This document shows positions 22,598 through 32,317 of a stretch of DNA of 64,000 bases, piece by piece. A program made the translations under genes and the position numbers. Positions within the stretch are counted from its first letter, which is position 1. Each line of letters begins with the position of its first letter. Source of the stretch: an uncultured Chloroflexia bacterium (GTDB lineage: Bacteria > Chloroflexota > Dehalococcoidia > UBA2979); the NCBI GenBank assembly GCA_963728205.1, contig CAVSIV010000004.1, forward strand, positions 96,001 to 160,000, in the 5' to 3' direction. A model generated the notes under the pieces. That model saw only the letters and a list, made by a program, of their open reading frames with translations. It did no database searches and was not told where the DNA came from.

Positions 22598-23560
22598 CTA
22601 TCCCTTCGTCGCCCCCGCCAGGATCCCCTCGACGAAGTAGCGCTGGAACGCGAAGAACACCACCAGCGGGATCGCCATCGAGACGAAGGCGGCGGCCGTC
22701 AGCAGCTGGTACGAGGAGCCGAACGAGCTGACGAGGTTGGTGATCTGCAGGGTCATCGGCGCGAGATTCGGGTTGCCGAGCAGCACCAGCGCGATCAGCA
22801 GATCGTTCCAGGTCCAGAGGAACTGGAAGATCGCGAGCGCGGCGAGCGCCGGCACCGATAACGGCAGCGCGACGCGCCGGAAGATCGTGAGCGACGAGGC
22901 CCCGTCGAGCTGCGCAGCCTCGATCAGCTCGCGCGGCAGTCCCACGAAGAAGTTGCGCATGAGGAACACGGCGAACGGCAGCCCGTACGCGGTATGCGCG
23001 AGCCAGATGCCGGGGAAGCTGCTGACGCCGAAGAGGTTGCCGCCGATCAGCGGCACCGACACGTGCACGGTGAGGTGGCCGTAGAGCCGCAGCACCGGGA
23101 TCAGGGTCGACTCCAGCGGCACGACGAGCAGCGCGACGACGAGCAGCAGCAGCGGCGTGCGCGCCGGAAAGCGCATCCACGCGAACGCGAAGCCGGCCAT
23201 CGATGCGACGAGCAGCACGATCAACGTGGCCGGGATGCTGATCAGCAGACTGTTGATGAAGGCGCGCCCCATGCCCTGCTGCGAGAGCACCGCGCGGTAG
23301 TTGGAGAGCGTGAACGGCGAGCCGAGCGCGTGCCACCATCCGCTCGACGCGATCGCCGATGGATCGCGGAACGACGAGACGAGCAGTGCGAACGTCGGGA
23401 CGCTCCAGATCACCGCAAGGCCGATCAGCACGAGGTGCAGCGGAAGGCGGCGCCAGAGCCGCCTCGCCCAGCGGCCGCGATCGGCGCCCGACCGCGGGCC
23501 GGACGAGAGCGGCGAACCGGCGCCGGGTGGCGTGCGGGCCGCGACCTGCGTGTGCGTCAT
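22598..23560 (-). CDS. Carbohydrate ABC permease (MalG/AglG-like)
   Basis: EAA loop LPRELIEAAQLDGAS; FLWTWNDLL. Confidence 0.9.
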   Translation of the reverse strand: MTHTQVAARTPPGAGSPLSSGPRSGADRGRWARRLWRRLPLHLVLIGLAVIWSVPTFALLVSSFRDPSAIASSGWWHALGSPFTLSNYRAVLSQQGMGRAFINSLLISIPATLIVLLVASMAGFAFAWMRFPARTPLLLLVVALLVVPLESTLIPVLRLYGHLTVHVSVPLIGGNLFGVSSFPGIWLAHTAYGLPFAVFLMRNFFVGLPRELIEAAQLDGASSLTIFRRVALPLSVPALAALAIFQFLWTWNDLLIALVLLGNPNLAPMTLQITNLVSSFGSSYQLLTAAAFVSMAIPLVVFFAFQRYFVEGILAGATKG

Positions 23561-24486
23561 CAGGCCGCCTCCTGCGCCTGGAAGCGACGGATCGTGAGCG
23601 ACATGATCGGCACGACCGCGGCCAGCAGGATGAACGCCAGCGCCGAGCCGACGCCGAGGTCCTGGTTGATGAACGCCTCCTTGAAGAACAGCGTCGGCAC
23701 GACGTCCGTCCCGAACCGTCCGCCGGTCATGACCCAGACCAGGTCGAACACCTTCAGCGCCTGGATCAGCAGCGTGGTCGACACCACGACGATCACCGGT
23801 CGCAGCGTCGGCACGATGATCCGCCAGAAGATCTGCCACTCGTTCGCGCCGTCGACGCGCGCCGCCTCGAGCATCTCCTTCGAGATGCCCTTGAGCCCGG
23901 CCGAGAGGACGACCATCGAGAAGCCGGTCCACATCCAGGTCCCGACGCCGATCAGGACGAAGTTGTTCAGCTGCAGCGGGCCGGGCAGCGTCTGCGGACC
24001 GAGCGAGGTCAGCCAGGTCCAGGGCGCGTTCGTGTTCTGCAGCCAGGCGGTCGACGCTCCGCCGAGCTCCGTGACGACCGCGTTCACCGTCCCGATCTCC
24101 GGGTTGTACTGGAGCATGAAGCGCCAGATCACCGACGCCGCGACGAACGAGATCGCCATCGGGATGAAGATGGCCGACTTCGCGACCGACTCGTAGCGCA
24201 CGCGGCCGGTGAGCACCGCGAGCACGAGCCCGAGCGGCACCGTGAGGCCGGTGAACACGACGATCCACATCACGCCGTTGAGCAGCGCCTGGTGCGTGTC
24301 CGCGACCAGCGGATTCGGGTTGTGGGCGATGTACGCGTAGTTGTCGAGCCCGACGAAGTGCTGCGAGCGCGGGCCGAGGAAGCTCCGCCGCAGCGTGTCG
24401 AGCGACGGGTAGACCAGGAAGACACCGACCTCGATCAGCGCCGGCGCGAGCCACAACCACGGCACCCAGCGTCGACGGACGATCAC
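23560..24486 (-). CDS. Carbohydrate ABC permease (MalF/AglF-like)
   Basis: FVGLDNY, PMAISFV, EAARVDGANEWQ and LKVFD motifs. Confidence 0.9.
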   Translation of the reverse strand: MIVRRRWVPWLWLAPALIEVGVFLVYPSLDTLRRSFLGPRSQHFVGLDNYAYIAHNPNPLVADTHQALLNGVMWIVVFTGLTVPLGLVLAVLTGRVRYESVAKSAIFIPMAISFVAASVIWRFMLQYNPEIGTVNAVVTELGGASTAWLQNTNAPWTWLTSLGPQTLPGPLQLNNFVLIGVGTWMWTGFSMVVLSAGLKGISKEMLEAARVDGANEWQIFWRIIVPTLRPVIVVVSTTLLIQALKVFDLVWVMTGGRFGTDVVPTLFFKEAFINQDLGVGSALAFILLAAVVPIMSLTIRRFQAQEAA

Positions 24487-24543
24487 GGCGGCCTCCCGCG
24501 TCCGCGGCGGGGCGCCCGTCGCGCCCCGCCGCTCGCCTCGCGG

Positions 24544-25971
24544 CTACGAGCCCCGGGCCTTCTCGATCGATGCCAGGATGCTGTCCAGCTGATCCGGGTT
24601 CGCGAGGTACTGCGTGATCCCCTTGAAGTACGCCTGCTGCAGCGCCCCGCCGATGGCGTCGTCGAGGTCGAAGCGGAACAGGCTGGCCTGCGTCAGCTGT
24701 TGCGCCTGCTTCTTCGCGATCGCGTCCGGGTAGGCGTCCAGGCTGACCTGCTTGTTCACCGACGTGAAGCCGCCCTTCTTCACCCAGACTTCCTGCGCCT
24801 TCGCCGACGCCAGGTAGGACATGAGCGACTTCGTGGTCGGCTGGGCGTCGAAGGCGTAGACGATGTTCGCGCCGACCGGTCACGCCCCCGCCCGGCCACG
24901 GCATGAAGTCGAAGTCCGTCGCCCGCCTTGAGGTCGGGGAACTGTGACGTGATGAAGCCGGCCGCGAACCCGCCCATGTAGACCATGGCCGCCTTCGGCG
25001 GGTTGTCGAACGGGAGATACGTCGAGTCCTGGAAGTTCGTGGCGTTGATGCCCGCGCCGCCCTTCTGCGCGGTCATCCCGTCGCCGAGCGCGATCGCGCC
25101 GAACTTCTGCCAGGCGTCCTTCATCTTCGGGTCGGTGAACTTGATCGACCCATCGACGATGCCGTCGTAGGTGTCGCCACCGGCCTCGTTCAGGATGATC
25201 TGCTGGATCCAGTCCGTGCCCGGCCAGCCGCTGGATCCCGCCGGCCTCGACGCCGATCGACCACGGCGCCATCGACCCCTCGTCCTTGATCTTCTTGGAC
25301 AGCGTCATCAGGTCGTCCCACGTGCTGTCCGTCTTGAGCGGCTTCCAGCCCTTGTCCTTGAACACCTTCGGGTTGTACCAGATGGTCGCCTTCGTATCGG
25401 CTTTCATGAAGAAGCCGTACAGGGTGCCGTCGACCGTCCCGAGGTCGACGAAGCCCTTGGGATAGTTCGACTGCACGTCCTGCGCGACCCCGAGGTCGGA
25501 GAGCGACGTCACCTTCTTCTCGCCGACGAACTGCTTGAAGAGACCGACCTCGGCGGGGATCGCGATGTCCGGGGCATTGTTGCCCTCGACGCGCGTCGTC
25601 AGGATCGCCGTCGTGTCGCGCGTGCCGGTGAAGTCGACCTTCCCGCCGGTGCTGTCCTCCCACGGCTTGACCATCGCGCGGAAGTTGTCGAGCTCGCTCG
25701 AGCCCCAGATGCCGATGACGCTGGCGGTGCCCATCTTGCCGCCGGCCGCGGCAGTGCCGCTGGCCGCGGCCGTGCCTGCCGCGGTGCCCGCGGCGGTCCC
25801 GCTGGCCGCCGGCGCGATCGTCGCCGCGGGTGTCGGGGTGCTGGAGCTGTTGCTGCATCCGATCAGGGCCGCCCCCGCGAGCCCCGTGGTGGCAATGCCG
25901 GCCGCCCGCAGGAAGCCCCGGCGGCTGTAGCGCTGTCTCCGCGATCCACTGCTCTGCGTTCCACTGCGCAT
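24544..25971 (-). CDS. Carbohydrate-binding lipoprotein (AglE-like), Tat signal; three apparent +1 frameshifts (~25238, ~24921, ~24877)
   Basis: RYSRRGFLR plus lipobox LIGC; PDIA.P, K..IWYNP and FRFD..D motifs; continuous after removing three single bases. Confidence 0.85.
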
Positions 25972-26252
25972 GGTGCGTTTCCCCCGTCTCGCTCCGTCCG
26001 TGAGCGTGTGGTGGTGAACGGCCCTCTTCTCCATGTTCCAAGCGCGGTCAACCGGCGAGGCGGTCCCAGACCGCGCATTTCCGCTCGTCACGCAGTGGCG
26101 CCGCCTCCGCCGAACTCACACCGACCGTAGGCGGAGGCCCCCCTATACTGACCGCCGGTCGCGCCCGCGAACGCACCCCGCGGCGCCGCCGGGCGCAGCG
26201 CGAGGTATCCCGCGCCGCGCCGACCCGCTCGCGACCATGGTGAGGACCGGAC

Positions 26253-27158
26253 ATGCGGATCGTGCTCTTCGGGCAGGCGGCCTTCGGCCGCGACGTCTTC
26301 CAGGCACTGCGCGAGGCCGGCGAGGAGGTGGTCGCCGTCTCCACCCCGCGCCAGGGCACGCGCCCCGACCCCCTGTTCGAAGCCGCCACCGAGGCCAGTC
26401 TGCCCGTCATCGAGACGCCGTCGCTGCGGCAGGACGGGCCCTTCCAGCAGTACCTCGACCTCAAGCCCGATTTGCTCGTGTTCGCCTTCGTCACCGACAT
26501 CGTGCGCAAGCGCGTGCTCGACGCGGCGACCCACGGCGCGATCCAGTACCACCCGTCACTGTTGCCGCTGCACCGCGGCCGCACCGCGATGAACTGGGCG
26601 CTGATCGCCGGCCGCCGCACCACCGGCATCTCGATCTTCTGGGTCGACGAGGGCATCGACACCGGCCCGATCCTGCTCCAGCGCGAGGTCGAGATCGCGC
26701 CCGACGACAGCGTCGGCTCGCTCTACTTCGAGCGGCTCTACCCCATGGGCGTCGAGACGCTCGTCGAGGCCACGCGCATGGTGCGCGAGGGCACCGCGCC
26801 GCGCATCGAACAGGATCACGCGCTGGCGACGTACGAGGCACCGTGCGGCCCCGAGCACGCGCGCATCGACTGGCACCACCACGCGCAGGTCGTGTTCAAC
26901 CTGATTCGCGGCTGTGACCCGCAGCCCGGCGCGTCGAGCGTCGTCGGCGGGCGCACCGTCCGACTGTTCGACGCGCGCTACCGGCCGGGCGCGCCCGACG
27001 AGCCGCCCGGCACCGTGATGGCGATCGTCGACGACAGGGCTGAGATCGCCGCCGTCGGCGGCACCATCGTCGTCGGTCGCGTGCAGCCCGAGGACGGCCG
27101 CAAGGTCGCCGCAAGCGAGGTGCTCACCGTGGGCGACGTCCTGGAGCGACCCGCATGA
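26253..27158 (+). CDS. Formyltransferase-fold protein (10-formyl-THF hydrolase / Fmt-like)
   Basis: YHPSLLP.HRG..AMNW, SIFWVDEGIDTGPILLQ and IRGCDPQPGA motifs; N-terminus GQAAFG resembles the ALDH1L1 hydrolase domain rather than the Fmt GTP.FA. Confidence 0.8.
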   Translation: MRIVLFGQAAFGRDVFQALREAGEEVVAVSTPRQGTRPDPLFEAATEASLPVIETPSLRQDGPFQQYLDLKPDLLVFAFVTDIVRKRVLDAATHGAIQYHPSLLPLHRGRTAMNWALIAGRRTTGISIFWVDEGIDTGPILLQREVEIAPDDSVGSLYFERLYPMGVETLVEATRMVREGTAPRIEQDHALATYEAPCGPEHARIDWHHHAQVVFNLIRGCDPQPGASSVVGGRTVRLFDARYRPGAPDEPPGTVMAIVDDRAEIAAVGGTIVVGRVQPEDGRKVAASEVLTVGDVLERPA

Positions 27159-28273
27159 TCGTCGCCACCGTCAAGGAGACGAAGCTCGAGGAGTATCGCG
27201 TCGCCCTCACGCCCGAAGGCGTGGCCAACATCGTGCACGCCGGCCACCACGTGCTGGTCGAGACGCACGCCGGCGAGGGCTCGAACTACACGGACGACGA
27301 GTACCGCGCGGCCGGCGCCGAGATGATCGCGACGCCCGAAGAGGTCTACGCGCGCGCCGAGCTGATATGCGAGGTGAAGGAGCCGCAGCCGTCGGAGTAC
27401 GGCCTGCTGCGCGCCGACCAGGTGCTCTTCACCTACCTGCACCTCGCGGCGGAGCCCGACGTCACCGACGCCATCGTCGACTCGCGCTGCATCGCGATCG
27501 GCTACGAGACGGTGATGCGCGATGACGGCTTTCTGCCGCTGCTCGCCCCGATGTCCGAGGTCGCCGGCCGCATGGCCGTCGAGATCGGTGCGCACTTCCT
27601 GAAGCGGCCCGGGCCGGGGCGCGGCATGCTGCTCGGCGGCCTGCCGGGCGTGCCGCCCGCGCACGTCGTCGTCGTGGGCTCCGGGAACGTCGGCAAGAAC
27701 TCCGTGCGCGCCGCGGTCGGCTTCGGCGCGCGCGTGACCGTGATCTCGATCGACGAGGACCAGCTCCGCGCGCTGGAGGAGCTGTACGCCGGACGCATCG
27801 AGACGCGACTCTCTTCGCCGCAGACGATCGCCGACGCCGTCCGCAGCGCGGACCTGCTCGTCGGCGCGGTGCTCGTGCAGGGCAAGCGCGCGCCGGTGAT
27901 CGTCTCCCGCGACATGGTGCGGACGATGGGGCCGGGCGCCGTGATCGTCGACGTCGCGGTCGACCAGGGCGGCTGCATCGAGACGACGCGCCCGACCGAC
28001 CACGTGCACCCGATCTACGTGGACGAGGGGGTCGTGCACTACGCCGTCCCGAACATGCCCGGCGCCGTGCCGCGCACGTCGTCGCGGGCGCTGACCGGGC
28101 TCACGCTGCCGTACATCCTCAAGGTCGCGAACCAGGGCGTGGACGCGGCCATCCGCGGCGACCGTGCGCTGGCGCGGGGCGTGAACGTCTATCGCGGGGA
28201 GATCACCCACCAGGGCGTGGCGGAGTCGCTCGCTCGGCCGTGGAAGCCGCTCGAGGCGGTGCTGCGGGCGTAA
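27155..28273 (+). CDS. ald: Alanine dehydrogenase
   Basis: KETK..EYRVALTP, FTYLHLAA, LLAPMSEVAGR, DVAVDQGGC and HYAVPNMPGAV motifs. Confidence 0.92.
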   Translation: MIVATVKETKLEEYRVALTPEGVANIVHAGHHVLVETHAGEGSNYTDDEYRAAGAEMIATPEEVYARAELICEVKEPQPSEYGLLRADQVLFTYLHLAAEPDVTDAIVDSRCIAIGYETVMRDDGFLPLLAPMSEVAGRMAVEIGAHFLKRPGPGRGMLLGGLPGVPPAHVVVVGSGNVGKNSVRAAVGFGARVTVISIDEDQLRALEELYAGRIETRLSSPQTIADAVRSADLLVGAVLVQGKRAPVIVSRDMVRTMGPGAVIVDVAVDQGGCIETTRPTDHVHPIYVDEGVVHYAVPNMPGAVPRTSSRALTGLTLPYILKVANQGVDAAIRGDRALARGVNVYRGEITHQGVAESLARPWKPLEAVLRA

Positions 28274-28606
28274 CCCCGGCAGGCCCCGTCCGGCCCGGCC
28301 GGCGCCGCGCGCCCACGGCGCGCGCGCAGGCGTGTCAGCCTCATCGGACGTCAAAGCGGCGCCAGACAGGGCGCCGACAGGAGCGCGGCGTCAGCCGCGG
28401 ACTGCGTCCGCGTGGGTGTCGGCGGCATCATCTGCCGCCGCTGCGCTGACGTTCATGGACGCACGGCGCACCCGGCATGGTGACTGCGGCGAACTCCCCC
28501 GCGCCGCCGGCAGCATGAGTACCCCCCCGCCGGCGCCCCGGCACGCGACGGGGCGAGCGGGTACCATCGCCCGCGCCCCGCGCCCGAGCGACGTGACGGA
28601 GGCCGC

Positions 28607-29914
28607 GTGACCGAGACCCCGCGCCCCCCGGCGCGTTCGCCCCTGCGGCGCCTGCTGCGCGGGATTGCCCTGCTCCGAGAGCAGGAGCGCCTGCTCATGA
28701 TCTGCATCGCGACCGTGCTGGTGATGGCCGGCCAGGGCGTGATCAGCCCGATCCTGCCCCTGTTCGCGCAGGCCTTCGGCGTCGGCACCGCCGCCGTTGG
28801 GCTCACGCTGACGACCTTCGCGCTGGCGCGGCTGCTCCTCAACGTCCCGCTCGGCGCGGCGTCGGACCGCTACGGTCGCCGCCTGCTGCTGATCGGCGGG
28901 CCGATCGTGACGGCCGTCGGGATGATCGGCTCGGGCTTCGCGCTGAACATCGAGCAGCTGCTCGCGTGGCGGTTCATCGCGGGCGCGGGCTCCGGCATGT
29001 ACATGACCGGCGCGCAGATCTACCTCGTCGACATCTCGACGGCCGAGAACCGCGCGCGCTTCATCGGGACGAACCAGGGCGCGCTGTTGCTGGGGACGGC
29101 CATCGGGCCGGCGCTCGGCGGCCTGATCGCGCAGCTCTGGGGGCTGCGCGCGCCGTTCTGGTTCGTCGGCGTCGGCGCGCTGGTGGCGGCGTTCTACTCG
29201 TGGGCACGGCTGCCGGAGACGCGCGGACCCGCCGAGCGGCAGGCGGAGGCCGAGGCGCGCCGCGCGGAGCAGTCGCGGCCGGAGGCGGCGCCGCGCGAGC
29301 CGCATGCGTGGTGGCGGATGATGCGCTCGCGCGACTTCATGGCCGTGTCGCTGATCACGATGGCGGTCTTCTTCACACGCACCGCGTCACGCAACACGCT
29401 GATGCCGGTGATGGCCTCCGACCGCCTCGGCATCTCGGCCGGCGGCCTGGGCGCGCTGTTTACGGCGATGTCGGTAGTGAACATGGTGCTGATCGCGCCC
29501 GCCTCGATGATCGCCGACCGTTTCGGCCGCAAGTGGGCGATCGTGCCCAGCGGCCTGCTGATGGCAGGCTCACTGCTGATGATGGGGACGGCGCAGGGGT
29601 ACGCGATGCTGATCCTCGGCGCGATGGTGCTCTCGGTGGGCACCGGGATCGCCGGCCCGGCGCCGGCGGCCTACGCCGCGGACATCGCACCGCCGGAGCT
29701 GCGGGGCCTGGCGATGGGGCTGTACCGCTCGTCGGGCGACATCGGGTTCGTGATCGGCCCGCCGCTCCTCGGCGCGCTCGCCGACGCCACGTCGTTCGCC
29801 TGGGGCTTCGCCGCGAACGCGATCCTGCTGGGGGCCGCGTCGCTGTTCTTTCTCGTGGTCGCGCGCGAGACGCTGCAGCGCCCCACGCCGGCGGCCGCCG
29901 CGGGAGCGGGGTAG
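28607..29914 (+). CDS. MFS transporter
   Basis: 12 hydrophobic segments; G..SDRYGRR and ADRFGRK motifs. Confidence 0.9.
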   Translation: MTETPRPPARSPLRRLLRGIALLREQERLLMICIATVLVMAGQGVISPILPLFAQAFGVGTAAVGLTLTTFALARLLLNVPLGAASDRYGRRLLLIGGPIVTAVGMIGSGFALNIEQLLAWRFIAGAGSGMYMTGAQIYLVDISTAENRARFIGTNQGALLLGTAIGPALGGLIAQLWGLRAPFWFVGVGALVAAFYSWARLPETRGPAERQAEAEARRAEQSRPEAAPREPHAWWRMMRSRDFMAVSLITMAVFFTRTASRNTLMPVMASDRLGISAGGLGALFTAMSVVNMVLIAPASMIADRFGRKWAIVPSGLLMAGSLLMMGTAQGYAMLILGAMVLSVGTGIAGPAPAAYAADIAPPELRGLAMGLYRSSGDIGFVIGPPLLGALADATSFAWGFAANAILLGAASLFFLVVARETLQRPTPAAAAGAG

Positions 29915-30038
29915 TCGCCTCGACGCGTGGCCACCTCCCCGGCGCCATCCCGCGCGACCGTCGTCGCGGGGGAAGGGGGCGTGTCGTGACATCCGGAGTC
30001 GGGACGCAGCAGCCTGTTGGCGCCCTGCTCACCCCGGA

Positions 30039-30503
30039 TCAGCGCACGTCCCAGCCGATCGCGCGCATCAGCTCCGCCTCGCGGTCGGGCGGCACCCGGA
30101 GGAACAGCGCCGTCGCCTCGGCGATGCGCTCGCCGCCAGCCGCGTCGATTGTCGCGCCCACCTCGATGCGGCGGCCGCGCACGCGCGTCACCCGGCCGGT
30201 GAGCGCGAGGGTGTCGTCGAGCGACGCCGAGCGGCGATAGCGCACCTCGAGTTTCGCGGTCACCCCAAGCGCGTACGCCTCCGCGTACATCGCCCATGCC
30301 ATCGCCTCGTCGAGCAGCGTGACGAGCACGCCGCCGTGCACCGCGCCGGGGAACCCGACGTCCTCGTCGCGCGGCGTATAGAGCGCGCGCACGCCGCCGG
30401 CGGCACGCACGAAGCGCAGCTGCAGGCCGATCGGGTTCCGGCGGCCGCACGCGAAGCAATACTGCTCGTAGAGCGCGGGATCGAACGGCGCATCGTCCGC
30501 CAT
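30039..30503 (-). CDS. PaaI-family thioesterase
   Basis: CFACG..NP.GL, HGG...TLLDE and TA.LEVRYR motifs. Confidence 0.88.
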   Translation of the reverse strand: MADDAPFDPALYEQYCFACGRRNPIGLQLRFVRAAGGVRALYTPRDEDVGFPGAVHGGVLVTLLDEAMAWAMYAEAYALGVTAKLEVRYRRSASLDDTLALTGRVTRVRGRRIEVGATIDAAGGERIAEATALFLRVPPDREAELMRAIGWDVR

Positions 30504-30515
30504 CGCGCGACGCGT

Positions 30516-30908
30516 TCAGCCCAGCGGCGCGGATGCGATGCCGGTGAGCAGCACCTCGCCGCCCTCGGTCTCGCATACGACGTCGTAGGTCGCGCTGCCG
30601 CCGGCGACGCCCCGCAGCGCGGTGCGCGCCGTGACCGTGACGGGCGGCACCGCGGGCGCGCGCCAGCGCACCTTGAGCGCGCCGCCGGCCGCCCAGCGCT
30701 CGCCGAACGCACGCGTCATCGCCTCGGACACGAGCGCGAGCACGAGCATGCCGTGCGCGATCGGCCGGCCGAACTGGCTCGCACGCGCCTCGGGAGTGTC
30801 GCGGTGGATCGGGTTCGGGTCGCGCGCGGCCGCCGCGTAGCGGTCGACGCGCGGCTGGTCGAGCCGGCGCGAGACGGACGGCACCTCCGGCGCGACGGGA
30901 TCGCTCAC
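30516..30908 (-). CDS. MaoC dehydratase, catalytic half (HadB-like)
   Basis: YAAA..DPNPIH.D...[14 protein letters not shown] start overlapping the upstream stop. Confidence 0.85.
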   Translation of the reverse strand: MSDPVAPEVPSVSRRLDQPRVDRYAAAARDPNPIHRDTPEARASQFGRPIAHGMLVLALVSEAMTRAFGERWAAGGALKVRWRAPAVPPVTVTARTALRGVAGGSATYDVVCETEGGEVLLTGIASAPLG

Positions 30909-31336
30909 GCGTCGCCTCCTGTCGCGTCGACGCCCGGCGGCGCGAGCAGCACGGTCGTGCGCGCCGTTCCGACGACCTCGTCGCCCGCGCGCCACTCGCT
31001 GTCGAACGCGGTGATCACGGCGCCGCGGCGCTCCGAGCGCTGCCCCACGGTGATCGCCACCTCGAGCGGCTCGTCGTACCGCACCGGCCGCGCGAACGCG
31101 TACTCCTGGCCGGTGTGCAGGATGCCCGCGGGGACCTCGACGCGCTCCATCAGCCCGGCCAGCGCGAAGGCGCCGAGCGCGAGGGGCGGCACGTGCCGCT
31201 CCCAGGTCGCCGGGTCCTCGCCGGTCGCGTCCAGGTAGTCGCGCACCTCGACGGCGGAGATGCGCAGCGGGAAGGGGGCGATGCGGTCGCCCTTCTGCAG
31301 CTGCTCGAGCCGCGGACGCACCGGGTCGGCCGTCAC
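30905..31336 (-). CDS. MaoC dehydratase N-terminal-type subunit (HadA-like)
   Basis: VRDYL.ATGE and ILHTGQEY.F.RP motifs; translationally coupled to the HadB-like gene. Confidence 0.75.
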   Translation of the reverse strand: MTADPVRPRLEQLQKGDRIAPFPLRISAVEVRDYLDATGEDPATWERHVPPLALGAFALAGLMERVEVPAGILHTGQEYAFARPVRYDEPLEVAITVGQRSERRGAVITAFDSEWRAGDEVVGTARTTVLLAPPGVDATGGDA

Positions 31337-31710
31337 CGGTCGCCGATCGCCGTGCCGGCCGCGCGCGCCACGGACTCGTCATCGACGAGATGGCGCCGGC
31401 CCCATGTCGCCAGCGGCTGCAGCGCACGGCCGAGCTCGGCGCCGCGCTCCGTGAGCTCGTACTCGACCCACGGCGGCATCGTCGCAACGATGCGTCGCGA
31501 CACGATGCCGAGCTCCTCGAGCGCCTTGAGGCGGTCGCGCAGCGTGCGCGAGTTGCAGCCGCCGACCTCCGTCGCCAGCTCGTTGAAGCGCAGCTTGCCG
31601 TCCATGAGCTGGTAGACGATGTGCGGCACCCACTTCTGCCCGACCAGCGCCAGCGTGGCGCGGACGGGGCAGTAGTCGCCGTCGGGCGTGCTCGTCAGCT
31701 TCGGCTCCAT
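31333..31710 (-). CDS. HxlR-family transcriptional regulator
   Basis: CPV..TL.LVGQKW, RFNEL and PP.VEYELT motifs. Confidence 0.9.
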   Translation of the reverse strand: MEPKLTSTPDGDYCPVRATLALVGQKWVPHIVYQLMDGKLRFNELATEVGGCNSRTLRDRLKALEELGIVSRRIVATMPPWVEYELTERGAELGRALQPLATWGRRHLVDDESVARAAGTAIGDR

Positions 31711-31719
31711 GGCGAACCC

Positions 31720-32166
31720 CTACTTGATGTGCTCCGCCACCTGCGAGTGGTCGCGGGCGTTCGGGATCGGGTTCTTCGTGTAGTAGGCGACCTTGCCATC
31801 CCGGTCGATCACGATCGTCGCGCGCTCGGCCGCGCCGACCGCCTCGTTCCAGGTGTCGTACTTCCGCGCGGCTTCGCCCTTCATGTCGGAGAGCAGCGTG
31901 TGGTTGAAGTGCTGCTGCTCCTTGAACGCGGCGTGCGCGAAGCGGCTGTCGCGGCTGATGCCGAAGACCTTCGCGCCCTTGCCCATCCACACGTCGTAGT
32001 AATTGTCGCGGATCTCGCAGTTCTCGGCCGTGCAGACACCCGAGAAGTCGAACGGATAGAAGACGAGCACGACCGGACTGCCGCGGAGCGCGGAGAGCGT
32101 CACTTCCTCGTTGTTCTCGTCGCGGAGCGTGAAGTCCGGGGCGTCCTGTCCTACCTCGATGGCCAT
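31720..32166 (-). CDS. Peroxiredoxin (AhpE/BCP-like)
   Basis: GQDAPDFTL, FYPFDFSGVCTAE, GISRD and ERAT motifs. Confidence 0.88.
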   Translation of the reverse strand: MAIEVGQDAPDFTLRDENNEEVTLSALRGSPVVLVFYPFDFSGVCTAENCEIRDNYYDVWMGKGAKVFGISRDSRFAHAAFKEQQHFNHTLLSDMKGEAARKYDTWNEAVGAAERATIVIDRDGKVAYYTKNPIPNARDHSQVAEHIK

Positions 32167-32317
32167 GGGGCGGCACCTTTCCGTGCGGGGTTCGGGCGCG
32201 GCCGCCCGGGGACGAACGGCGCCGAGTGCGCCGTGCGGCCGGGGCGCCGCTGGGTGGGGGCGGTCGTGTCTGCCGGGGGACGAGTGTACCAGCGACACGC
32301 GGCGAGGACGGGCGAGG

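Noticed and set aside
25735-25815. Repetitive GCCGCGG.. tract
   Set aside because: Encodes the low-complexity GTAA linker of the lipoprotein and is not an independent repeat element.
26034-26052. LacI-type operator upstream of the sugar ABC operon (TTCCAAGCGCGGTCAA)
   Set aside because: Only a half-site is symmetric and no LacI gene is nearby.
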